From: an uncultured archaeon
GTDB lineage: Archaea; Hadarchaeota; Hadarchaeia; Hadarchaeales; WYZ-LMO6
Reading direction: 5' to 3'
DNA length: 64,000 nt
Assembly (NCBI GenBank): GCA_938074535.1
Contig: CALJER010000008.1
Coordinates: 1-64,000, forward strand
Shown: positions 45,079-54,435 of the stretch, piece after piece
Position numbering within the stretch: the stretch's first letter is position 1
Layout of the letters: every line of letters starts with the position of its first letter
The notes under the pieces: generated by a model
What the model saw: the letters and a program-made list of their open reading frames with translations, nothing else
What the model was told of the DNA's origin: nothing
Databases searched by the model: none
Made by a program: the position numbers and the translations under genes

Positions 45079-46275
45079 ATGGGAGATAAGAAGGTGGTGG
45101 TCCTGGGAGGGGGCGGGGTGGTGGGAAGAACCGCCGTGAAGGACCTGGCCAAGAGCGGGGTCTTCTCGGAGGTGGTGGTGGCCGACAAGGAGGTGGAGAA
45201 GGCGAGGGAGCACCTGGAGGGAGTTCCCCGCCTCTCCTTCGTGAAGGCAGACCTCACGGAGTTGTCCATCCTCAGGGAGGTGATAAAGGGGGCGGACGTG
45301 GTTCTGAACACCGTAGGACCCTTTTACAAGTTCGGCCCCTTGCTCACGAGGGAGGCCATACGGACCGGGGTGAACTACGTGGACATCTGCGACGACTACG
45401 AGGCCACGCTGGAGCAGCTGAAGATGGACGAGGAGGCGAGGAAGAGGGGTGTGACCGTCCTCACGGGCATGGGCTCTTCACCCGGCGTGGCCAACGTGGT
45501 GGCCAAGTTCTGCTCCCAGTTGCTGGACCAGCCGGAGGAGATCCACATCTACCACATCCACGGGGGGGAGCCGGAAGAGGGGCCCGGGGTGATCTACCAC
45601 CGCATCCACTACATGACGGGAAAAATCCCCATGCTGAAGGATGGGAAGATGGTGTACTTCGGGTTCTTCAGTGAGGAAGGGAGAAGGGAAATAGAGGAAG
45701 TGGACTTCTACGAGCCCATAGGGGTGGCGAAGGTTTACCCCTACCCGCACCCGGAGACCATCACCCTCCCCAGGTACATCCCGGGCCTCAGGAAGGTCAC
45801 CAACAAAGGGTCCGTCCTACCCCTGGAATACTACGAACTGCTGCGGGAGGCCGTGAAGATGGGTTTAGCCGATGAGAAGCCCCTGAAGGTGGGAGGGGCC
45901 TCCGTGGCCCCCATCGACTTCCTGGTCTCCTTCGTCCTCTCCAAGAGGAAGGAATATGCGAGCAGGCTGCCTGAACCCGTGGGTTGCCTGAAGATCGTGG
46001 TGAGGGGGAGAAAGGGGGGAAAGAGGATGGAGTACAGGTTCGCCATCCCCTCCAGGGGTGCGGGTATGGGGGAGGGAACGGCCATTCCCGCCTCGGTGGG
46101 CACGCAGATGGTGGCCAGAGGGGAGATCGAGGAGAAAGGGGTCCTCCCCCCGGAGGCCTGCGTGGATCCCATGAAATTCTTCGAGGAGGCGAGGAGCAGG
46201 GAGGGGATGGGCGGCGTCAGGATCATCTTCGAGAGCGTGGACGAGGAGGGGAGGGTGACCAGCATACCCCTTTGA
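45079..46275 (+). CDS. Saccharopine dehydrogenase-like NAD(P)-dependent oxidoreductase
   Basis: VLGGGGVVG Rossmann motif, NTVGPF, YVDICDD, GMGSSPG, HPETITLP, GVLPPE. Confidence 0.88.
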   Translation: MGDKKVVVLGGGGVVGRTAVKDLAKSGVFSEVVVADKEVEKAREHLEGVPRLSFVKADLTELSILREVIKGADVVLNTVGPFYKFGPLLTREAIRTGVNYVDICDDYEATLEQLKMDEEARKRGVTVLTGMGSSPGVANVVAKFCSQLLDQPEEIHIYHIHGGEPEEGPGVIYHRIHYMTGKIPMLKDGKMVYFGFFSEEGRREIEEVDFYEPIGVAKVYPYPHPETITLPRYIPGLRKVTNKGSVLPLEYYELLREAVKMGLADEKPLKVGGASVAPIDFLVSFVLSKRKEYASRLPEPVGCLKIVVRGRKGGKRMEYRFAIPSRGAGMGEGTAIPASVGTQMVARGEIEEKGVLPPEACVDPMKFFEEARSREGMGGVRIIFESVDEEGRVTSIPL

Positions 46276-46312
46276 CCCAAGCCTTTTTTTCCTCCAGAAA
46301 ACCACTCTTTTG

Positions 46313-47611
46313 ATGTTCAAGTGGAGGGAAAAGGAGTACGAGGAGCTTGAGGCTCAGCCCGAGGCCCTCCCCGAGGGGGTGGATCCCGAGGAATACGTCA
46401 TCGCCACCTACTTCCTCTCCCTCCCCTCCGCCCTGGATCCCTGGGAGGTGGCTAGGGCCCTGGCCATAGAGCAGAGCACGGGAACCTGGGTGCCCGTTCC
46501 CGGGGAGACCCCCGAGGTGAGGAAGAAGCACGTGGCCAAAGTGGTGGGACTGTACGAGGCCCCCTATCCGGAAGTCCTCTCCCCCACGGAGGCCAGGGAG
46601 AGGAACTATGTGGTGCAAATCGCCTTCCCGCAGGTGAATTTCGGGAAACAGATCCCCATGCTCCTCTCCACGGTGGCGGGGAACCTGATGTGCTGGGAGA
46701 AGATCAAGCTCCTGGACCTCCGCTTCCCCAAGAGCTTCGTGGAGGGCTTCGGGGGCCCCAAGTTCGGGATAGAGGGGATAAGGAAGCTGCTGGGAGTGGA
46801 GGAGAGGCCCCTGATCAACAACATGATCAAGCCCTGCACCGGCTTTACACCCGACGTGGGTGCGAGGCTGGCCTACGAAGCGGCGGTAGGGGGAGTGGAC
46901 ATGATCAAGGACGACGAGCTACTGGGCAACCCCTCCTTTAACCCCATAGAGGAGAGGGTGCCGAAGTACATGGAGGCTCTGGACAGGGCGAACAGGGAAA
47001 AGGGGGAAAAGACCCTCTACACGGTCAACATCACGGACGAGGCCTCCAGGGTGATGGAGAACGCGGACAGGGCCATAGAGCTTGGGGCGAACGCCCTCAT
47101 GATCAACTATCTCACCGCCGGAATCTCCCTGCTCAGGGAGCTGGCGGAGGATCCAAGCATCAACGTCCCCATCCTGGCCCACATGGACTTCTCCGGCACC
47201 ATGTACGTCTCCCCCTACTCAGGCCTCTCCTCCTCGCTCCTGCTGGGGAAGCTGCCCAGGCTGGCGGGTGCCGACATCTTGGTCTACCCAGCACCCTACG
47301 GGAAGGCCCCCTTCATGAAGGAGAGATACGTGAGGATAGCCCACCACCTGACCTTTCCCCTCTACCACCTCCGCCCCACCTTCCCCATGCCCAGCGGGGG
47401 GATCACGCCCTCCATGGTGCCCGAGGTGGTGGGGGATCTGGGGAAGGACATCGTGATAGGGACGGGGGGAGGGATCCACGCCCACCCCATGGGTCCCAGG
47501 GCCGGAGCCAGGGCCTTCAGGCTGGCGGTGGAGGCGGTGATGAGGGGGATGAGCCTGCAGGAGATGGCCAAGGAGCACGAGGAGCTGAGGGTGGCCCTGC
47601 AGATGGGCTGA
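46313..47611 (+). CDS. RuBisCO-like protein (form IV RLP)
   Basis: EQSTGTW, GPKFGIEG, IKPCTG, DMIKDDE, YTVNIT, PSGG, GGGIHAHP. Lacks the second Lys of KPKxG, the Arg of HRA and His327 of true RuBisCO. Confidence 0.92.
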   Translation: MFKWREKEYEELEAQPEALPEGVDPEEYVIATYFLSLPSALDPWEVARALAIEQSTGTWVPVPGETPEVRKKHVAKVVGLYEAPYPEVLSPTEARERNYVVQIAFPQVNFGKQIPMLLSTVAGNLMCWEKIKLLDLRFPKSFVEGFGGPKFGIEGIRKLLGVEERPLINNMIKPCTGFTPDVGARLAYEAAVGGVDMIKDDELLGNPSFNPIEERVPKYMEALDRANREKGEKTLYTVNITDEASRVMENADRAIELGANALMINYLTAGISLLRELAEDPSINVPILAHMDFSGTMYVSPYSGLSSSLLLGKLPRLAGADILVYPAPYGKAPFMKERYVRIAHHLTFPLYHLRPTFPMPSGGITPSMVPEVVGDLGKDIVIGTGGGIHAHPMGPRAGARAFRLAVEAVMRGMSLQEMAKEHEELRVALQMG

Positions 47612-47620
47612 GGGGGTTCC

Positions 47621-49120
47621 TTGGGGTACATCCTGGCCCACGACCTGGGGACGGAGCTCAACAAGGCCGCCCTGGTGGACGAGGAAGGGAGGATAGTCGC
47701 CTACTGTACCCAGGAGTACCCCGTCTCCTATCCCAGGCCGGGGTGGGCGGAGCAGGATCCGGAGCTCTGGTGGGAGGCCGTCAGGGAAACCACGAAAAAG
47801 GTGCTGGAGCTGGCGGGGATCAAACCGGGAGAGGTGGAGGCGCTGGTCTTCGACAGCATGATGTACACGCTGGTGGCGGTGGACCGGGGAGGAAGACCGC
47901 TCAGGCCGGCCATCCTCTGGCTCGACACCAGGGCGAAGGCCCAGGCGGAGGAGCTGATGGGAAGCCTGGACCTGCTGGGGATGCTGGAGAGGGGGGTGAT
48001 CCCGCCCACCTCGGCCAAGGACATCACCCCGAAGATCCTGTGGGTGAAGCAGGAGGAGCCGCACGTTTTCGAGAAGGCCTGCTTCATCGACAGCAAGGAC
48101 TACCTGGTCCACCGGTGCGTGGGGGAGTTCTACACCGACTGGAGCTGCGCCAGCCTCTTCTGCCTCTTCAACTTCAGGGAGAAGAGGTGGGAGGAGGAGC
48201 TGGTGGAGGAAATGGGCCTTTCCCTGGAAAGGCTCTCCAGGCCCGTGAAGAGCACGGAGGTGGTGGGGAACCTCACGGAGGAAGCCTCCAGGGAGCTTGG
48301 ACTGCCCAGGAAGGTGGAGGTGGTGTGCGGGTCCGGGGACGCCACCGCGGTGGCGGTGGGAGCGGGGGGACCCCACCTGTACGTGGGGACCTCGGCCTGG
48401 ATAGGTGCCCACGTGGAGGAGCCCCTCTTCGACCTGACCGGCGTGGGCAGCATCTGCTCCGCCGATCCCTCCAGGTTCTTCCTGATAGGGGAGATGGAGA
48501 ACGCCGGGGCCTGCCTGAAGTGGTTCAGGGAGACCCTGGCCAGGGAGGAGAAGGAAAGGGCGGAGAAGGAGGGAAAAGGCCCCTACCAGCTGCTGGACGA
48601 GCTGGCCTCCGGTGCGGAGGCCGGGTCGGGGAAGCTCCTCTTCCTCCCCTGGATGATGGGGGAGAGGTGCCCCTTCACCCAGTCCACCGCCAGGGGGGCC
48701 TTCCTGAACCTCACCTTCGGGCACACCAAAGGGCACCTGGTGAGGGCGGTGCTGGAAGGGGTGGCCTACCACATGAGGTGGATCCTGGAGGTGGTGGAAG
48801 GGATGGGGCTCTCCCTCCCCTCCATCAGGGCCTGCGGCGGAGGGGCTAAGAGCGGGGTCTGGCTCCAGATCTTCGCCGACGTGATGGGGAGGAAGGTGGA
48901 GAGGGTCTCCTCCCCGCACCACGTGGGCTCGCTGGGAGCCGCCACCCTTGCCAGGGTAGGTCTGGGAAAGACGGACTTTTCCTCGGCGGAGAGGTCCGTG
49001 AAGGTGGAGGGGGAGTTCCTCCCCTCGGAGGAAAACCGGGACATCTACGACAGGATGTACGAGGAGTTCAGGGGGATGCAGGGGAGGCTGTCGGAGGTCT
49101 TCGAGCGCCTCAACACCTAG
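47621..49120 (+). CDS. FGGY-family carbohydrate kinase (xylulokinase-like)
   Basis: HDLGT, GWAEQDP, ILWLDTR, GSGD, GTS, FLPWMMGERCP, RAVLEGVA, GGGAKS..W.QI.ADV. Confidence 0.92.
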   Translation: MGYILAHDLGTELNKAALVDEEGRIVAYCTQEYPVSYPRPGWAEQDPELWWEAVRETTKKVLELAGIKPGEVEALVFDSMMYTLVAVDRGGRPLRPAILWLDTRAKAQAEELMGSLDLLGMLERGVIPPTSAKDITPKILWVKQEEPHVFEKACFIDSKDYLVHRCVGEFYTDWSCASLFCLFNFREKRWEEELVEEMGLSLERLSRPVKSTEVVGNLTEEASRELGLPRKVEVVCGSGDATAVAVGAGGPHLYVGTSAWIGAHVEEPLFDLTGVGSICSADPSRFFLIGEMENAGACLKWFRETLAREEKERAEKEGKGPYQLLDELASGAEAGSGKLLFLPWMMGERCPFTQSTARGAFLNLTFGHTKGHLVRAVLEGVAYHMRWILEVVEGMGLSLPSIRACGGGAKSGVWLQIFADVMGRKVERVSSPHHVGSLGAATLARVGLGKTDFSSAERSVKVEGEFLPSEENRDIYDRMYEEFRGMQGRLSEVFERLNT

Positions 49121-49539
49121 ATGTCCACGACCGCCTGGACGACCGTCCTGTCCTTCCCCCTCCTGACCTCCATCAGGTGGTAGGTCACGGCCTTGACCGC
49201 CGTTCTTCCCTCGTGCTTCCTCGGATCGAACCTCTCCCCCCAGGCCCTCCCCCTCAGCTTCCACCTGCCGCCCTCCTCCTCCACCTCCACACGGAAGCGG
49301 GAGAAGAGGAGGCCTTCGGCGTCCCTGAAGTAGAGGAGCCTGTCCAGCCAGTCGTAGAGGAGGGCCTGCTCGTCCTCCGCCTCCAGCTCCACCCCCACCT
49401 CCTCCCGAGCCTCCACCCTGCCCGTGTCCGTCATGACCTCGAAGAGGGCCAGGGCAGCGTTCTCGAAGGCCTCCCCCAGGTCCCTACCGTAGGCCCTGAA
49501 GCCCACGTCCGAGGGATGCTCCACCCACTCGAACTTCAT
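49117..49539 (-). CDS. Archease
   Basis: FEWVEHPSDVG, AFENAA, VKAVTYH, C-terminal VDI. Confidence 0.94.
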   Translation of the reverse strand: MKFEWVEHPSDVGFRAYGRDLGEAFENAALALFEVMTDTGRVEAREEVGVELEAEDEQALLYDWLDRLLYFRDAEGLLFSRFRVEVEEEGGRWKLRGRAWGERFDPRKHEGRTAVKAVTYHLMEVRRGKDRTVVQAVVDI

Positions 49540-49570
49540 CTTCCCAGCTTGGAGGATGGGGGGTAAAGGG

Positions 49571-49972
49571 TCATCGGCGGCCCCTCCTCTCCCTCTCCAG
49601 CAGCCTTCCAAGCTTCTCGTCCAGCTCCCTGATCCTTGCCTCCAGCGCCTCCGTCCCGGGAAGGCTGGTGCCGCGGAGGATGAGGCCTGCCAGCAGACCT
49701 ATGAGGCTGGCGTAGAGACAAATCCCGGAGACCATCAGACCCATCGCCAGGACCTTTCCCCCCGTGGTCACCACCACGATGCTCCCGAAGCCCACCGTGC
49801 TCTCGATGGAGAGGGCCAGGAAGAGGGCGTCCAGGAAACCCTTCAGGTTGGGGTTCTCGCCGCGCTCCACCGCATAGAGCACCAGCGCCCCCACCACCGT
49901 CACGAGAAGGAAGACCAGAACCACATAGCCCAGCCTGCTTCTCCTCAGAAAGCCCAGCACCCTTCTCACCAA
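49571..49972 (-). CDS. Two-TM potassium channel family protein (KcsA-like)
   Basis: TM1, pore helix FLDALFLA, filter STVGFGS, TM2 (GKVLAMGLMVSG), C-terminal coiled coil. Confidence 0.8.
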   Translation of the reverse strand: MVRRVLGFLRRSRLGYVVLVFLLVTVVGALVLYAVERGENPNLKGFLDALFLALSIESTVGFGSIVVVTTGGKVLAMGLMVSGICLYASLIGLLAGLILRGTSLPGTEALEARIRELDEKLGRLLERERRGRR

Positions 49973-50017
49973 CCTCCCACATCCTGGATGTTTGGGCCTT
50001 CCTAAATACTCCGGTGA

Positions 50018-51145
50018 TCAGCCCTTGAACTTCACGAACCTCTTCCACACCTCCCTGGCCTTCGGATGGTGGAGATGGTCCAAAGCCGTGCCCCTTGCCT
50101 CCCTTATCCCCATCCAGTCCACCAGCTCCCTGAACCTTCCTCCCGCCAGCCCATCCGCCACCAGGGCGTAGCCCTGCGCCGTTTCCTTGGTGAGCCTCGC
50201 CCCCTCCAGTCCACCCACTTCCCTGATCCCGCCCAGCCTGCGCTCCAGCTCCTCCCTGATCCTCCCTATCCTCGCTAGCCTCCCGGAGACCAGGAGCTCC
50301 CTCGCCCCCCCGACCGAGACCCTCATGGAAGCCACGGCCTTCTCTATTCCCTCCATCATAGCCTCAAAAGCCAGCTCGAACCTCTCCCCCCTTCCCTCCG
50401 CGAACCTCTCGGGGTCCATTTCCCCCGTGATGGTGGCCGCGCCCCCCACGAAGACATCCCCCCTCTCCCACCTCCCCACCAGCTGCACCAGCTCCCCATC
50501 GAAAGAGGAAGCCGTGAGGAAGCCTATTCCGGGAAAGGTGGTTCCCCCTATCCCGTCCACGATCCTCCCTCCCTCCACGCCCAGCACCGCGTTGTAACCG
50601 AACCCCAGCTCTGCCAGGATGAAGGAGACCTCCCCGTAGGGGATGCCGAGCCTGGAGGCCTGGGAGTGGACACCCAGCACCGCCACCGCCATCTTGTCCG
50701 CCGTCCCCATGTCCAGCTTGTTGACCTTCCTGAACTCTGGGACCGTGGGCAGCTCCACCACCGAGGGGATGAAGACCACCGGAAGTCCCTCCCTCCTCAT
50801 CCAGAGGCAGGCCTCCGTCATGTTCTTGTAGAGGACCGCGCCGAAGAGCCCCTGCTCGATGGCCTTCAGGACCTCCTCCTTGGTGGTGAGGAGGATGTAG
50901 TTGTAGTACCACTGCTCGAACCTCTCCTCCGGAACCTCCTCTATCCTCGTCAGCTCCACCCCGTACCCGGAGGGTCCGGCGATGAGGTCCACGGGGAGGG
51001 CCTCCTCAACCGCCTCCCTGAAGAGCTCTGGCCTCCTCACCAGCTCGGCGTTGTCCAGCGATCTCTCGTAGACCACCCTGCCGTCCTCCAGACCGCAGAG
51101 GTCCATGCTCTTGGTCCCGGGGTCTATCCCCAGCACCCTCACCAT
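50018..51145 (-). CDS. DUF1464 family protein (ASKHA-fold)
   Basis: GIDPGTKSMD, GPSGYG, RKVNKLDMGTADK, ELGFGY, DGIGGT, AQGYALVADGLAGG. Confidence 0.85.
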   Translation of the reverse strand: MVRVLGIDPGTKSMDLCGLEDGRVVYERSLDNAELVRRPELFREAVEEALPVDLIAGPSGYGVELTRIEEVPEERFEQWYYNYILLTTKEEVLKAIEQGLFGAVLYKNMTEACLWMRREGLPVVFIPSVVELPTVPEFRKVNKLDMGTADKMAVAVLGVHSQASRLGIPYGEVSFILAELGFGYNAVLGVEGGRIVDGIGGTTFPGIGFLTASSFDGELVQLVGRWERGDVFVGGAATITGEMDPERFAEGRGERFELAFEAMMEGIEKAVASMRVSVGGARELLVSGRLARIGRIREELERRLGGIREVGGLEGARLTKETAQGYALVADGLAGGRFRELVDWMGIREARGTALDHLHHPKAREVWKRFVKFKG

Positions 51146-51160
51146 CGAGTCCCCTCCCTC

Positions 51161-51499
51161 CTAGGTCCCCTCCAGCCTTATCCTGTGCCCCACCCTCACC
51201 CCTCCCCTCCTGAGGGTGTCCGGAGGAAACTCCAGCAGGACCTCGGAGCCCCTCGGGGCCAGGCAGAACCTCCAGGGCTTCATCCTCCTCACCACCTTCA
51301 CCGCCCTGCCGTCCTTCAGGAAGAGGAGGTCCAGGGGGAAGCGCATGAGGCAGGTGTGAACGTGCAGACTTCCCCCCCTGAAGAGGAGGGTGGTGGGCTC
51401 CTTCCTGAGCATCTGACCCTTCAGCCTCTTCCAGAAGCCCTCCGCCCTCTCCACCTCCTCCGCCAGCACGCGACCCGTGTCCTCATCCACCACCTTCAT
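51161..51499 (-). CDS. DUF192 family protein
   Basis: AEGFWKRLKG.M, VHTCLMRFPLDLLFL, MKPW, LE. Confidence 0.82.
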   Translation of the reverse strand: MKVVDEDTGRVLAEEVERAEGFWKRLKGQMLRKEPTTLLFRGGSLHVHTCLMRFPLDLLFLKDGRAVKVVRRMKPWRFCLAPRGSEVLLEFPPDTLRRGGVRVGHRIRLEGT

Positions 51500-51560
51500 C
51501 GATGAACCACCAGATTTTCCCTCACATAACCCTTAAGGAGAGGGGGGTGAAAGGAGAAAG

Positions 51561-52331
51561 ATGGAAACCGAGATCGCCTCCAGGATCATAAAGGAGTTCT
51601 GCCAGGACCTGCTGGAGAGCCTGAAGCTGGACGTGGTGGTGGCCGGGGCGGGTCCAGCTGGGCTCACCGCGGCGAGGTACCTGGCCAGGAGAGGGAGGAA
51701 GGTGGCCGTGTTTGAGAGGAACCTCTGGGTGGGGGGAGGAATGTGGGGCGGAGGGATCCTCTTCCCAAAGCTCGTCGTGGAAAGGGAGGCCGCGCCCCTC
51801 CTCCAGGAGGCGGGAGTGAGGCTGAGGGGGGAGGGTCCCCTCCTGACGGCGGATGCGGTGGAGGTGGTGGCCAAGTGCACCTCCTCAGCCCTGGAAGCCG
51901 GTGCCAGGATCTTCGTGGGGATGGAGGTGGAGGACCTGGTGGTGAGGAACTCCAGGGTCTGTGGGGTGGTCCTGAACTGGAGGGCCGTGAATCTGGCCAG
52001 GATGCATGTGGACCCCATAGGGGTGGAGGCCGGGGTGGTAATCGATGCCACGGGGCACGAGGCCTTCCTGGCGAGGGTCCTGGAGAGGAAGGTACCGGGC
52101 GTGAGGTTCCCCACCCCCACCGGGAAAATCGTGGGGGAGGGACCCATGGACGCTGAAAAAGCTGAGAAGGAAATTGTGGAGAACACGAAGGAGATCTACC
52201 CCGGACTGGTGGTGGCGGGGATGACGGCCGGAGCCGTCTTCGGCTCTCCCAGAATGGGTCCCGTCTTTGGGGGGATGCTGCTCTCGGGGAGGAAAGCCGC
52301 CGAGCTCGCCCTGAAGCTCCTGCGGGCCTGA
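51561..52331 (+). CDS. thi4: Sulfide-dependent thiazole synthase Thi4
   Basis: GAGPAG, GGGMWGGG, MHVDP (His type), DATGH, PRMGPVFGGMLLSG. Confidence 0.93.
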   Translation: METEIASRIIKEFCQDLLESLKLDVVVAGAGPAGLTAARYLARRGRKVAVFERNLWVGGGMWGGGILFPKLVVEREAAPLLQEAGVRLRGEGPLLTADAVEVVAKCTSSALEAGARIFVGMEVEDLVVRNSRVCGVVLNWRAVNLARMHVDPIGVEAGVVIDATGHEAFLARVLERKVPGVRFPTPTGKIVGEGPMDAEKAEKEIVENTKEIYPGLVVAGMTAGAVFGSPRMGPVFGGMLLSGRKAAELALKLLRA

Positions 52332-52376
52332 GCCCCTCAGGGCTGCCAGCGGCGACCAAAGCAGGGATGGGGAAGG

Positions 52377-52461
52377 CGCCGGGGGAGGGATTTGAACCCT
52401 CGGGACCCAAAGGGTCACACGCTCTCAAGGCGTGCGCCTTACCTGGCTTGGCTACCCCGGC
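52377..52461 (-). tRNA. tRNA-Ser (anticodon TGA)
   Basis: Minus strand GCCGGGGTAGCCAAGCCAGGTAAGGCG-CACGC-CT-TGA-GA-GCGTG-long variable arm-GAGGGTTCAAATCCCTC-CCCCGGC-G; discriminator G; no intron. Confidence 0.95.
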
Positions 52462-52534
52462 CCAGAAAAACTTGGAAGGGGAGGGTATAGAGCTGACGAA
52501 AACCTCTTTTAGTCGGGACCGCCCCGGTGGAAGG

Positions 52535-52870
52535 ATGGGAGCCGGGCTGGGGGACATTTCCAGGCTGGCCTGGTATCTGGAGCTGCTGGCCTTTTTCTGC
52601 GTGGGATTGGGGGTGGTCCTGCTGGGCGTGGACGCGTACCTGGCGGGGGCCGCGCAGCAGCTCTCCGAGCTGGGGGCCGAGACGGAAGGGGTGGAGAGCA
52701 CCCTCGACTCCGCCGTGGCGGTGGTCCTGATCCTGGGAACCATCATGCTGGTGTGCGGCGGGGGATGCTGGTACCTGAGCCACAGGATCCAGAAAATCAT
52801 GGAGGAGTCCTCCGAGGACCTGAGAACCATAGAGGTGAGGAGGGCCTCCCGCCAGGCCCCGAGGGAGTAG
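52535..52870 (+). CDS. Hypothetical two-TM membrane protein
   Basis: Two hydrophobic helices, typical codon style, SD-like GGTGGAAGG before ATG 52535. Confidence 0.6.
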   Translation: MGAGLGDISRLAWYLELLAFFCVGLGVVLLGVDAYLAGAAQQLSELGAETEGVESTLDSAVAVVLILGTIMLVCGGGCWYLSHRIQKIMEESSEDLRTIEVRRASRQAPRE

Positions 52871-52884
52871 GTCCTCTCCCAAGG

Positions 52885-52918
52885 TTTATACATCGAAACC
52901 GATATCGAAAGTGATATG
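52885..52918 (+). promoter_or_regulatory. TATA box plus tandem palindromic operator of the PadR-ABC operon
   Basis: TTTATA at 52885-52890, then ACATCG-AAAC-CGATAT overlapping GATATC-GAAAGT-GATATG, which runs into the ATG. Confidence 0.6.
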
Positions 52919-53446
52919 CTCGGGTGGATGCGGGGCAGGGCCGTGCCCAGGGGCCTGCTGCGCTACTACGTGCTGGAGTCCCTGGGCGAGAAACCCATGT
53001 CGGGCTCGGAGCTCATGGACGAGATCGAGGGGAGGAGCGAGGGGTGCTGGAGGCCCAGCCCAGGCTCCATCTATCCCCTGCTGGCCTGGCTCCAGGACAC
53101 GGGTCACGTGGAGGAGATGCCGCGCGACCGGAGCGGAAGGAGGCGCTACAGGCTCACGCCCAAGGGGAAAAAGCTCCTCCGGGAGGAGAGGAGGGTGTGG
53201 ACGAGGGTGGGGGGGACGGACTTCTTTGTCCCCCCCTTCGGCCCCCCCTGGCACAGGCTGCCCCCCGAGAGGGCGGCGGAAATGAGGAGGGCGATGCGCA
53301 AGGTGGTGGTCGCCTTCATGGAAGCCATGGGAACCCTGGCGGAGGAAGCCTCGGAGGAGGCTCTGGAGGGGATGCGCAGGATCCTGGAGGAAACGGCTGA
53401 AAGGTTCGAGGAGGTGAGCCGGAAGCTCAGGGAGGGGAGGAAATGA
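52916..53446 (+). CDS. PadR-family transcriptional regulator
   Basis: GLLRYYVL, PMSGSEL, WRPSPGSIYPLL, YRLTPKG. Confidence 0.92.
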   Translation: MLGWMRGRAVPRGLLRYYVLESLGEKPMSGSELMDEIEGRSEGCWRPSPGSIYPLLAWLQDTGHVEEMPRDRSGRRRYRLTPKGKKLLREERRVWTRVGGTDFFVPPFGPPWHRLPPERAAEMRRAMRKVVVAFMEAMGTLAEEASEEALEGMRRILEETAERFEEVSRKLREGRK

Positions 53447-54435
53447 GAGAAATGGTGAGAGCGGAGGAACTCACCAGGGTCTTCAACGGCCTCACCGCCG
53501 TGGACCACGTCACCTTCGGGGTGAGGGAGGGGGAAATCTTCGGTTTCCTCGGGCCCAACGGGGCCGGAAAGACCACCACCATCCACATGCTCACCACCGT
53601 CCTGAAGCCCACCGGAGGCAGGGCGGAGGTTTGCGGCTACGATGTGGTGAAAGAACCGGAGAAGGTGCGGAAGTCCATAGGGGTGGTGCCCCAGGAGTAC
53701 ACGGCGGACGAGGACCTGACCGGGTACGAGAACGTGATGCTCTGTGCGGACCTCTACGGCCTCCCCAGGGAAGAGGGCAGGAAGAGGGCCCTGGAGCTCC
53801 TCTCCCTGGTGCAGCTGGAGCCCTTCAAGGACAAGAGGGTGGAGACCTACTCTGGAGGGATGAGGAGGAGGCTGGAGCTGGCCTGCGGACTCATCAACCG
53901 CCCGAAAGTGCTCTTCCTGGACGAGCCCACGCTGGGGCTGGACGTTCAGACCAGGGCCTCCATCTGGGAGCACATCCTCTCCCTGAGGGAGAACTTCGGG
54001 ATGACGGTCTTCCTCACCACCCACTACCTGGAGGAGGCCGACCACCTCTGCGACCGCATCGCCATCATCGACCACGGGAAAATCGTGGAGGAGGGGAGCC
54101 CGTCGGAGCTGAAGGACTCGCTGGGGGGAGACCTCCTCACCCTGGAGTGCGAGGGGGAGGGAGTGGAGGAGATCCTGAGGGCCCTGGAGGGGGTGAGGGA
54201 GGTGAAGGCGGAGGGGAGGGAATACAGGGTGAAGGTTACCAGGGGGGAAACCGTGGCACCCCTCCTCCTGAAGGCCCTGGGCGAGAAGGGCCTGACGGTC
54301 AAACGCCTCTCCCTCGCGAAGCCCACCCTCGACGAGGTCTACCTGGAAAAGACCGGGAAGTCGCTCAGGGACCAGGGGGAGAGCCCGGAGGAGGTTATAA
54401 AACAGAGGGTGACCCTGTGGAGGGCCAGGAGGTAG
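53443..54435 (+). CDS. ABC exporter ATP-binding subunit (DrrA-like)
   Basis: GPNGAGKTT, YSGGMRRR, LDEPT, TTHYLEEA. Confidence 0.94.
   Translation: MREMVRAEELTRVFNGLTAVDHVTFGVREGEIFGFLGPNGAGKTTTIHMLTTVLKPTGGRAEVCGYDVVKEPEKVRKSIGVVPQEYTADEDLTGYENVMLCADLYGLPREEGRKRALELLSLVQLEPFKDKRVETYSGGMRRRLELACGLINRPKVLFLDEPTLGLDVQTRASIWEHILSLRENFGMTVFLTTHYLEEADHLCDRIAIIDHGKIVEEGSPSELKDSLGGDLLTLECEGEGVEEILRALEGVREVKAEGREYRVKVTRGETVAPLLLKALGEKGLTVKRLSLAKPTLDEVYLEKTGKSLRDQGESPEEVIKQRVTLWRARR

Noticed and set aside
46313-47611. Form III carboxylating RuBisCO / CO2 fixation
   Set aside because: Key residues are missing (KPCTG instead of KPKxG, HMD instead of HRA, no His327), and no AMP phosphorylase or ribose-1,5-bisphosphate isomerase is adjacent.
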